Of a DNA stretch of 64,000 bases, positions 1 through 10,378 are shown piece by piece. A program made the translations under genes and the position numbers. The notes beneath the pieces were generated by a model. That model did not search any database. It worked only from the letters and a program-made list of their open reading frames with translations, and was not told the DNA's origin. Each line of letters begins with the position of its first letter. Positions within the stretch are counted from its first letter, which is position 1. This DNA is from Camelus ferus (lineage: Eukaryota): the NCBI RefSeq assembly GCF_009834535.1, contig NC_045707.1:46874001-46938000 (forward strand), read 5' to 3'.

Positions 1-501
1 AGTCAACCTATTTATACACATAATTTACCAGAGTCAGTAATTAAGTCTACACACTTAGGCTTATTTTGATAGTTGTTTCCATGGTGTAGTGATATGATTT
101 TTTTTTTTTTCATCTTAGAGCTTCAGTTCTGTTCGGTGGGTTTTTAATTTTTTTTTGAAATGGATGATTTGTAGCTTATTTTTTTTTAACATTTTTTATT
201 GATTTATAATCATTTTACAAGGTTGTGTCAAATTCCAGTGTTCAGCACAATTTTTCAGTTATTCATGGACATATACACACTCATTGTCACATTTTCTTCT
301 CTGTGAGTTATCATAACATTTTGTGTATATTTCCCTGTGCTATACAGTGTAGTCTATTCTACAATTTTGAAATCCCAGTCTATCCCTTCCCACCCTCCAC
401 CCCCCTGGCAACCACAGGTCTGTATTCTCTGTCTGTGAGTCTATTTCTGTCCTTTATTTACGCTTTGTTTTTGTTTGTTTGTTTGTTTTTGTTTTTGTTT
501 T

Positions 502-3500
502 TTAGATTCCACATATGAGCGATCTCATATGGTATTTTTCTTTCTCTTTCTGGCTTACTTCACTTAGAATGACATTCTCAGGAGCATCCATGTTGCTGCA
601 AATGGCATTATGTTGTCGGTTTTTATGGCTGAGTAGTATTCCATTGTATAAATATACCACCTCTTCTTTATCCAGTCACCTGTTGATGGACATTTAGGCT
701 GTTTCCATGTTTTGGCTATTGTAAATAGTGCTGCTATGAACATTGGGGTGCAGGTGTCATCCTGAGGTAGATTTCCTTCTGGATACAAGCCCAGGAGTGG
801 GATTCCTGGGTCATATGGTAAGTCTATTCCTAGTCTTTTGAGGAATCTCCACACTGTTTTCCATAGTGGCTGCACCAAACTGCATTCCCACCAGCAGTGT
901 AGGAGGGTTCCCCTTTCTCCACAGCCTCTCCAGCATTTGTCATTTGTGGATTTTTGAATGACGGCCATTCTGACTGGTGTGAGGTGATACCTCATTGTAG
1001 TTTTGATTTGCATTTCTCTGATAATTAGTGATATTGAGCATTTTTTCATGTGCTTTTTGATCATTTGTATGTCTTCCTTGGAGAATTGCTTGTTTAGGTC
1101 TTCTGCCCATTTTTGGATTGGGTTGTTTATTTTTTTCTTATTGAGTCGTATGAGCTGCTTATATATTCTGGAGATCAAGCCTTTGTCGGTTTCACTTGCA
1201 AAAATTTTCTCCCATTCCGTAGGTTTTCTTCTTGTTTTACTTCTGGTTTCCTTTGCTGTGCAGAAGCTTGTAAGTTTCATTAGGTCCCATTTGTTTATTC
1301 TTGTTTTTATTTCTTCTAGGAGAAAATTTTTGAGATGTATGTCAGATAATGTTTTGCCTATGTTTTCCTCTAGGAGGTTTATTGTATCTTGTCTTATGTT
1401 TAAGTCTTTAATCCATTTTGAGTTGATTTTTGTATATGGTGTAAGGGAGTGTTCTAGCTTCATTGTTTTACATGCTGCTGTCCAGTTTTCCCAACACCAT
1501 TTGCTGAAGAGACTGTCTTTATTCCAACGTATATTCTTGCCTCCTTTGTCAAAGATGAGTTGACCAAAAGTTTGTGGGTTCATTTCTGGGCTCTCTATTC
1601 TGTTCCATTGGTCTATATGTCTGTTTTGGTACCAATACCATGCTGTCTTGATGACTGTAGCTCTATAGTATTGTCTGAAGTCTGGGAGAGTTATTCCTCC
1701 AGCCTCTTTCTTTCTCTTCAGTAATGCTTTGGCAATTCTAGGTCTTTGATGGTTCCATATGAATTTTATTATGATTTTTTCTAGTTCTGTGAAATATGTC
1801 CTGGGTAATTGGATAGGGATTGCATTAAATCTGTAGATTGCCTTGGGCAGTGTGACCATTTTAACAATATTGATTCTTCCAATCCAAGAGCATGGAATAT
1901 CTTTCCATTTTTTAAAGTCTTCTTTAATTTCCTTCATCAATGGTTTATAGTTTTCTGTGTATAATTCTTTCACCTCCTTGGTTAGATTTATTCCCAGATA
2001 TTTTATTACTTTGGGTGCTATTTTAAAGGGGATTGTTTCTTTACTTTCTTCTTCTGTTGATTTATCGTTAGTGTGAAGAAATGCAACTGATTTTTGAACG
2101 TTAATTTTGTAACCTGCTACCTTGCTGAATTCTTCAATCAGCTCTAGTAGCTTTTGTGTGGACCTTTTAGGGTTTTCTATATATAGTAACATGTCGTCAG
2201 CATATAATGACACTTTTACCTCTTCTTTTCCAATTTGGATCCCTTTTATTTCTTTCTCTTGCCTGACTGCTGTGGCTAGGACTTCCAGGACTATGTTGAA
2301 TAGGAGTGGTGATAGTGGGCATCCTTGTCTTGTCCCAGATTTTAGTGGGAAGCTTTTGAGTTTTTCACCGTTGAGTACTATGCTGGCTGTAGGTTTGTCA
2401 TATATAGCTTTTATTATGTTGAGATATGTTCCCTCTATACCCTCTATACTTTGGCGAGAGTTTTTATCATAAATGGGTGTTGAATTTTATCAAATGCTTT
2501 TTCTGCATCGATTGAGATGATCATGTGGTTTTTGTCCTTTCTCTTGTTGATGTGATGTATTACACTGATTGATTTGCGTATGTTGAACCAGCCTTGTGTC
2601 CCTGGGATGAACCCCACTTGGTCATGATGTATAATCTTTTTTATGTGTTGTTGGATTCTACTTGCTAAAATTTTGGTGAGGATTTTGGCGTCTATGTTCA
2701 TCAGTGATATTGGCCTATAATTCTCCTTTTTTGTAGTGTCTTTGCCTGGTTTTGGTATCAGGGTGATGGTGGCTTCATAGAATGAGTTTGGGAGTATTCC
2801 CTCCTTTTCAATCGTCTGGAAGAGTTTAAGAAGGACTGGTATGAGTTCTTCTTTGTATGTTTGGTAGAATTCCCCGGTGAAGCTGTCCGGTCCTGGACTT
2901 TTATTTGTAGGGAGGTTTTTAATTGCTATTTCTATTTCCTTTCTAGTGATCGGATTGTTCAAGTGTTCAGATTCTTCTTGATTCAGTTTTGGTGGACAGT
3001 ATGTTTCCAGAAACTTGTCCATCTCCTCTAGGTTATCCAGTTTGGTTCCACATAGTTTTTCTTAATATTCTCGTATGATATTCTGTATCTCTATTTTGTT
3101 TGTTGTAATTTCTCCATTTTCCTTTCTTATTTTGCTAATTTGTGCTCTCTCTTTTTTCTTCTTTGTGAGTTTGGCCAGAGGTTTGTCGATTTTATTTACT
3201 TTTTCAAAAAACCAGCTTTTGGTTTGGTTGATTTTTTCTGTGGTTTTGTTAATCTCTATTGTATTTAATTCCTCTCTGATCTTTATCATTTCCTTCCTTC
3301 TGCTGCTTTTTGGGGCTTTTTGTTCTTCTTTTTCTAATTCATTCAGGTGGTGGGTTAAATTGTTTATTTGAGATTGTTCTTCTTTTTTGAGGAAGGCCTG
3401 TATCGCTATAAACTTCCCTCTTAGCACTGCCTTTGCTGTGTCCCATAGGTTTTGAGTGGTTGTGCTTTCATTATCATTTGTCTCAAGGTATTTTTTAACT

Positions 3501-4304
3501 TCAGCTTTGATTTCCTCATTGATCCATTGTTTTTTCAATAACATATTGTTTAATCTCCATGCTTTCCTTTTTCTCTCCTTTGTTTCTCTGTTGTCGATTT
3601 CCAGTTTCATGGCATTGCGGTCAGTAAAGATGCTTGAGATAATTTCTATCTTCTTAAAATTGTTGAGGTTTCTTTTGTGCCCAAGTACATGACCGATCCT
3701 GGAAAATGTTCCATGTGCACTTGAAAAGAATGTATATCCCATTTTTGGGGGGGTGTAATGCTCTGAAAATATCCACCAAATCCAGTTTTTCTATTGTAGT
3801 ATTTAATTTCTCTGTTGCCTTGTTTATTTTCTGTCTGGAAGATCTGTCTAGTGATGTTAATGCAGTGTTAAAATCTCCAACTATGATTGTATTCCCATCA
3901 ATATCCCCCTTTATCTCTGTTAGTAATTCTTGTATGTACTTAGGTGCTCCTATATTGGGTGCATATATATTAACGAGTGTAATATCCTCATCTTGTATCA
4001 CTCCTTTAATCATTATAAAATGTCCTTCTTTATCTTTCTTTATGGCCTCTGTTTTAAAGTCTGTTTTGTCTGAAATCAGTACTGCAACACCTGCTTTTTT
4101 GGCTTTTCCATTTGCATGGAATATCCTTTTCCATCCTTTCACTCTCAATCTATATGTGTCCTTCTCCCTAAAGTGGGTCTCTTGTATGCAGCATATTGAA
4201 GGTTCTTGCTTTATTATCCAGTCTGCCACTCTGTGTCTTTTGACTGGAGCATTTAGTCCATTAACATTTACAGTAATTAATGATAGATGTGTGTTTATTG
4301 CCAT
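502..4304 (-). pseudogene. L1 ORF2p (endonuclease-reverse transcriptase-CCHC), disrupted
   Basis: EN motifs NVNGL, QETH and GDFN; RT motifs [15 protein letters not shown] and [22 protein letters not shown] knuckle. Lesions: +1 frameshift in the T5/G7 run at 3742-3753, TAA at 3062-3064, a 5-nt insertion at ~2441-2450 and a -1 deletion near 580. The reconstructed stop (..ICGI*) is at 502-504. Confidence 0.95.
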
Positions 4305-4522
4305 TTTGAACTTATCTTTGCAGTTGAATTGGTATATCCTCTTTGTTCCTTTCTTCTTCCTTTTGTGGTTTGGTAATTTTCCTTTGTATTATCATGGATT
4401 TTATTTAATTTTTGTGACTCCTTTGTAAATTTTTGGCTTGTGGTTACCCTTTTTTGTAAATCTGTCAACCCATTACTATAACTGTTTTTATTAAACTGAT
4501 AGTAACATGATCTCAAACCCAT
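4295..4522 (-). CDS. Putative 75-aa ORF in the L1 inter-ORF spacer, overlapping the ORF2 start
   Basis: True ATG in strong Kozak context (AGGATGG). It ends AAA TGG CAA TAA, across the ORF2 ATG at 4304-4302. No homology recognised, and translation is unproven. Confidence 0.3.
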   Translation of the reverse strand: MGLRSCYYQFNKNSYSNGLTDLQKRVTTSQKFTKESQKLNKIHDNTKENYQTTKGRRKEQRGYTNSTAKISSKWQ

Positions 4523-4707
4523 CCTACTGTTAAAAAAATTTAAAAAGAAAGAAAAAAATATTCTATATTTCCCTGCCTCCCTCTCCCACTCTCAGTGATT
4601 TGTATGTCTTCTTTTATAATTTCATGTTTACTGTATTTGTAATCCATGAGTTATCACCTTTCCAGTTGTGTGTTTCTCATTTCTGTAGCATCCTGCTGCT
4701 TTTCTAT

Positions 4708-5610
4708 TTAGAATAGCCCTTTCAATATTTCTTTTAGCATGGGTTTAGTGTTGCTAAACTCCTGCAGCTTTTTTTTGTCTGTGAAACTCTTTATTTCTCC
4801 TTCTATCCTCAAGGATAGCCTTGCTGGATAAAGGATCCTAGGCTGCATCTGTTTTTCATTCAGGGCTTTGAATATATCTTGCCACTCCCTTCTGGCCTGT
4901 AGTGTTTGTGTAGAGAAATCAGCTGAGAGCCTTATGGGGGTTCCCTTGTAACTTACTCTTTGCTTTTCTCTTGCTGCCTTTAGAATCATTTCTTTATCCT
5001 TGACTCTGGCCATCTTGATTATGATATGTCTTGGTGTGGGTCTATTTGGGTTCTTCCTGTTTGGGACCCTCTGAGCTTCCTGTACTTGGATATCTGATTC
5101 CTTCTTTAAGTTTGGGAAGTTTTCAGTCATGATTTCTTCAAAAACCTTTTCAATCCCCTTTGATCTTTCTTCTCCTTCTGGGACCCCTATTATGCGAAGG
5201 TTGGGACGCTTTATATTATCCCATAGGTCCCTTATGCTATTTTCATTATTTTTTATTTGCTTCTCTTGTAGTTCTTCTGAATGGGTGCTTTCTATTGCCC
5301 TGTCTTCTAGATCACTAATTCGTTCCTCTGCATTATCTAGTCAGCTTTGCACAGCTATTAGATCATTCCTCATCTCTGTCAGTGAGTTTACCCATTCTAC
5401 TTGGCTCTTCTTTATAGCTTCAATTTCATTTTTGACATATTTTATATCTCTAAACACTATCTCTTTTAATTCCTTCAGCAATTCGATCACTCCTTTTTTG
5501 AAATCTTGATCTAGTAGGCTATCGATGTCTATTTCGTTGATCTTTCTTTCAGGGGATTTCTCTTGTTCTTTTAATTGGGAAAGGTTTTTCTGCTTCTTCA
5601 TCTTGCTCAT
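4708..5610 (-). pseudogene. L1 ORF1p (coiled coil-RRM-CTD), 300 codons with one in-frame nonsense codon
   Basis: Track ORFs 5341..5610 and 4708..5130 share a frame. The intervening sequence reads open (LDNAEERISDLED...DLWDNIKRPNLRIIGVPEGEE). The only lesion is TGA at 5341-5343, likely CGA>TGA. Motifs RHIIIK, IRLSADFS, ARREW and YPARLS are present. Confidence 0.95.
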
Positions 5611-7285
5611 ACCTCTTTCGCACTGTGGTTTATGGAGTATCAGTTCTTTATTTTGGTCCTTAAGGATTTTATCTATCTGATGCCTATTTAGGAATAGAAC
5701 TTAGGAAAAAAAGAAAAAACAGTAAGAGAGAGAGAGAAAGCATTTTAAAAGAAGGGAGAAAGAGGGTTTGAAAACAGTGTATAATGAATAATAGAAGAGT
5801 GAGTTGAAGCAGAGTATTAATCGGGTTGAGACGTCCTTTTGAAACCTTTACAAAAAAAGGGGGGGGGGATGAATAGATGTATTTGAAACCTGTGTCTAAT
5901 CAATAGCAGGACATCAAAACCCAAGAGAAATAGAAATGAATTAAGAAGTAAAGATTAAGAGAGTAATAGAAAATAGAACAGGTAAAAACAGATTTAACAA
6001 AAAAAAAAGGGGGGGGGTTGTCGGTGTTCTCTTGGAGTCTGTGTGCTTTTAATGTGAAGTCTTTCTGTCTTTGTCCTGTTTTGGAGCTCAGCTTGCTGTT
6101 TTCAGAGGCCCTCCGTTGGTGCCCTCTTCTGTGCTGCTCCCAGCACCTGTCGGCAAGCAGATCGCGCCTCCTCCTAACACTGGGTCAGGTGCAGCTCTCT
6201 GCTGTGGGCAGGCGGGTCGCTGCCCCTCCGGATGCCGCAGTCAGATGTTGCAGACTGGCCAGGTAGGAGGGCGGGTCGTGCCCCCTCCCAGCACCTCGGT
6301 CAGGGGCTGTGTTCCTGCCCGAAAGGCGGGGGGGCCGCTCTCCCTCTACCTGCGCCGCTGGTAGTTCCGCTCTCTGTGCGGCTGCGTGCTCCGCCCTGGT
6401 CGGTGCTCCGTAGGTGGGCTTGGGGAAGACTGAGGGACAGCCCTGTCCCTGCTCGGAGCCAAAACCCAGCTCCTTGTTTGTCTTTGTGGAGCAAGTTCTC
6501 TGAGGGACCAGGATGGAAGGATCCTATCTGCCTCGGGCTGCAGGCCAGTCTCAGTCTGGCCTTTGAGGCTGCTAAGCCCTTCGGTGCGGATGCAGGTTTC
6601 GCCCCCGCCGCCGCCTGAGTGCTCAGCGCAGAGGATATGGCGGCTGTGCCTGAGCCCCGCCTCTCTTCCCCCGAAAACTTTCCGCGGGTTTTCAGAGATG
6701 GGGGTGTGCACCCTTCCCCCGAGAGCACATCAACCTTGCTGTTTTATGGAGGGCCCAGGTTGTTCTGCCCTGTGCACCCACAGCCACGGCGCGCAGCCCC
6801 TTGCGTTCCCCCGGGGCTGCCTCCGTGCAGCCACTTCCATCCTCCGCCCGGCTTGTGCAGCCTGGCCCTGCCCGCGGCTGCCGGCCCGCGTCTCAGGCTG
6901 GGTGTCGGGGGGACGCTCTGTGCCCGTTTAACTTAGTTCTGTTAGTCAAGGGCTGCTCTGTACAGATCCGAGCCTCGGAGGCTCCCCCTTCGTCCCGCTG
7001 GCCTCTCAGTTGGAGAGGGGAGACCCAGCGAGCGAGCGCCAGTCCTCCTTTGCCGCTCCCTCCCCGCGGGACCCGTCCCGGGCTGCTTTGCCTTTTGTTC
7101 TTTCTTTTTTCCTTTTCTCCTACCAGATTTTTGGCGTCTTTATCTTTTGAAGAGGGCGATGTTCTGTCGGAGTTCCACAGGTGCTCTGGTTGGCTGAGTG
7201 GGTCTGTAGATGTGAGTCTTGGTGTATTTGTGGGAGAGGGTGACCTGCGAGCGTCCTTCTACTCCGCCATCTTCTCTGTCTCCTC
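5611..7285 (-). promoter_or_regulatory. L1 5'UTR / internal Pol II promoter with CpG-rich segment (~6100-7270) and YY1-type site
   Basis: AAGATGGCGG (CCGCCATCTT at 7264-7273) lies at the extreme 5' end, as in mammalian L1 promoters. CpGs are dense and well retained. An AT/pyrimidine-rich segment (~5640-6020) precedes ORF1. Confidence 0.85.
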
Positions 7286-7395
7286 TACAAATACTTTTGA
7301 GGGTCTGTTCCTAAACAAAAATTATGCAAAGCCTACTAGACCTAGAAGGATGGTGTCAAGAACTTACTGGTTCACAATAAAATACTGGTTGATGA

Positions 7396-7670
7396 AGCGG
7401 GAAGGGGGAAAGAGGGATAAATTAGGAGTTTGTGATTAACATATACACTCTACTATATATAAAAAAGATAAACAGCCAGGACATACTGTATAGCACAGGG
7501 AACTGTATTGAATACCTTGTAATAAGTTATAATGGAAATGAATCTGAAAAAGAATAGATTTTATATATATATATACACACACACACATACACACACACAC
7601 TATGCTGCACACCTAAAACTAACACAACATTGTAAATCAACAATACTTGAATTAAAAAGTAAAATTAAAA
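7396..7670 (+). mobile_element. 5'-truncated L1 3'UTR fragment (cetartiodactyl-type)
   Basis: GGGATAAATTAGGAGTTTG...CAACATTGTAAATCAAC, then an A-rich tail. TSD AAAATACTGGTTGATGA (7379-7395) / AAAATACACTGGTTGATGA (~7670-7688). Confidence 0.9.
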
Positions 7671-8679
7671 AAATACACTGGTTGATGATGATTGATCTGT
7701 ATCCAAAGGTTATTTTATGTAATTATTTGCTGGTAGTAAATCAACAAAATGATAGAAGAATGGTAAACGTGAGTGCTAAATGCTAATCTAACAAGCTGAG
7801 ACTTGATCCCAACTTTGGTTTTCTATCTGATTTTCTTACCCGCTTTTCCTCAATGCACAGCCACAACCAGGCAAGATTATCTGTACCAATTATATAAATA
7901 CATACACAAGAGTGTATGTTTCAGAGCAGATCAAATTCTCAATAAACTGGATTCTTTAAGATCCAGTTCAAAGATCTGCTTCCTCCGTGAAGCTTCCCAT
8001 CCTCCATCTCCCTCTAACCCCAGCAGCTGGTCACTTCCACCTTATTGCTTCCACTGCACTCTCATTTTATGTAGTAATTATTGTTTAAATATTTGACACC
8101 TCCCTTAGGCTGTGAATATTTCTGTCTTAATCACCGCTGCATCCACATCACCTTGTATAATTCATTACATATAGAAGGAGGCTAAAGAAAGTTTGCTTAA
8201 ACACGTGAGTAGGGGAGTGAAGATTAATTCTCACTCTTACCAAGAGGCTGTGGAGACTCCCATCTCTCCCACTATCCTAAAATACCAAATTCCTTCTTCC
8301 AAACAAAACTGAAGTCTATCGGTAATGACCACAGTAACATATTTTAAAGCTCATCTTCACATGACAAAATGGAAGGGCAACCCTAGGGCAGAAAACAAAC
8401 AACACTGTTTCAAATAATGAGACACGGAATAAATTGGGGAGAAGCACATTCAGGTTCTCTAGTCCTGCTACTACTATCTGGAAGATCTTGTGTAGCTTAC
8501 TAAGTCCTCCGGGCATGCAGGCTCTTAATCTATAAAAAGACAGGGTAAAACTTGATCATTTCTAAGGCCCCCTACGAGCTCTAACACTCTAAAAGTGTTA
8601 GACTTTTAGAGGAAAATAAACAGAAAATCCTTTCATTTTTTTCTTTCTTTCATTTACTCAACAAATTTTACCGAATGCT

Positions 8680-10002
8680 TGTGGTAGAGGACTATATGTT
8701 CACCCAACAAACCCATTTTGTTTTCCTCCTGAGATACACATTTCCCAGGCTCACTTGAAAGTAGGTGCGTCTAACACAGACGACCAACAGGCACATGAAA
8801 AGATGCTCAATATCACTAATTATTAGAGAAATGCAAGTCAAAACTACCATGAGGTATCACCTCCCACCAGTCAGAAGGGCCATCATTAAAAAATCTACAA
8901 ATAATAAATGCCAGAGAAGGTATGGAGAAAAAGGAACCCTCCTACACTGTTGGTGAGAATGTAAATTGGTGCAGCTGCTATGGAGGACAGTATGGAGGTT
9001 CCGTAAAAAACACTAAAAACCGAGTTACCATATGATCTAGCAATCCTACTCCTGGACATGAAGCCAGAGAAAACTGATTTGAAAAGATACATGCACCCCA
9101 ATGTTCACAGCAGCACTATTTACAACAGCCAAGACATGGAAACAATCTAAATGTCCATCAACAGATGAATGGATAAAGATGTGATATGCATGTGTGTGTG
9201 CATACACACACACACACACAATGGACTACTACTCAGCCATATAAAGGACTGAAATAATGCCATTTGCAGCAACATGGATGGACCTAGAAATGACCATACT
9301 ATGTGAAGTAAGTCAGAAAAAGAAACACAAATACCATACGATACCACTTACATGTGGAATATAAAATATAACACAAATGAACCTATTTATGAAACAAAAC
9401 AGACTCACAGACATAGAAAACAAACTTATGGTTACCAAAGAGGAAAGGTGGTGGGGGAGGGAAAAATTAGGAGTTTGGGATTAGCAGATATAAACTACTA
9501 TGGATAAAATGGACAAACAACAAGGACCACACAATGAATTACATTCAATATCCTATAATAAACCATAATGGAAAAGAATAGATAGATAGATAGATAAATA
9601 GATGTCTGAATCACTTTACTGTACATCAGAAACTAACACAACATTGTAAGTCAGCTATACTTTAATAAAATTTTTAAAAACGAAAGTATGTGCATCTATG
9701 GAATTGCACTTGGCCAGTGGTATGTGCGTGGAAGTGATATGCGTCATCTCCAGCATGGCCCATATAGCCTCCTGTGCAATCCTCATGCTCGCGCTCTTCC
9801 CTCACCTGCCAGCCAGAGACAGACAATCTAGGGAAGGATTCCATGGTCTTAGGGAATGGCAGGCCCATGAGATAAAGGAAGTCTGGATCACTGAATGTGT
9901 CTGCATGGAGCAGAGCCCTCCTTTCCCCCGTAGGAAATAACAAGTGAAACCACTAGATTTGGGGGTTCTTTGTTTCAGCAGATAACTTATTCTGACTGTG
10001 CA
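8680..10002 (+). mobile_element. MLT1 (ERVL-MaLR) solo LTR split by an L1 insertion
   Basis: TGTGGTAG start, CATTTCCCAG...GGAAGTGAT and ATGGAGCAGAG motifs, CCACTAGATTTGGGG 3' motif, CA end. Confidence 0.75.
8774..9680 (+). mobile_element. 5'-truncated L1 (ORF2 C-terminus + 3'UTR)
   Basis: Translates [15 protein letters not shown]...GTLLHCW. 17-bp TSD GAAAGTAGGTGCGTCTA (8757-8773) / GAAAGTATGTGCATCTA (9682-9698). Confidence 0.93.
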
Positions 10003-10059
10003 GTGCTTGATACATATTATCACCTTTTACCCTCTCGACCACCTAAATAGTATATATTA

Positions 10060-10195
10060 CTTTTTATATTTCACTAATGAGGAAATTGAGTGTCAAAGAA
10101 GGGAAGTAATTTGCTCACAGCTTCAAGTGTCACAGGCAAGATTTGAACCTGTGAATCCCTAACTCCAGAGTCCATCTTATTTATTCCTTACCACG
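10060..10195 (-). mobile_element. MIR SINE fragment
   Basis: ATGAGGAAATTGAG...GTAATTTGCTCACAG...GATTTGAACC...CTCCAGAGTCC matches the reverse MIR core. Confidence 0.75.
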
Positions 10196-10378
10196 CAGTT
10201 GCTACCCAGGCCCCTTGACACCTCCTTCCTGGGTACATTTATTTGTTGCTAACAGTTTCTGCAGGTGCTGCTCCTGCAAAAACTTGTTACTGAGAAGCAG
10301 TGCAAGGTATGGCAGGTGGGCCTTTCCAGAAGCCATCGGCAAGGGACAGCTAGAACCTAGCTTTGCTACAACCAAGTA

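Larger units (their letters stand above)
179..7285 (-). mobile_element. Full-length LINE-1 retrotransposon (young camelid-type L1, retrotransposition-defective)
   Basis: The minus strand reads 5'-GAGGAGACAGAGAAGATGGCGG, a GC-rich 5'UTR, ORF1, spacer, ORF2 (EN, RT, CCHC), then a 3'UTR with a G-rich tract (~384-406), AATAAA (~195-200) and a short A tail (T9 at 179-187). Confidence 0.97.

Noticed and set aside
167..174. ATTTGTAG, inverted relative to CTACAAAT at 7285-7292
   Set aside because: Only 8 bp and inverted; L1 TSDs are direct repeats, so this is probably coincidence.
1003..4428. Long + strand ORFs antisense to L1 ORF2 (1003-1563, 2122-2472, 3075-3371, 3706-4428)
   Set aside because: These are shadows of the A-rich codon usage of ORF2, giving F/L/S/I-rich peptides with no independent signal.
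6801..7439. 212-aa + strand ORF crossing the L1 5' junction
   Set aside because: It starts at TTG, lies in GC-rich DNA and spans two unrelated insertions, so a chance ORF is most likely.
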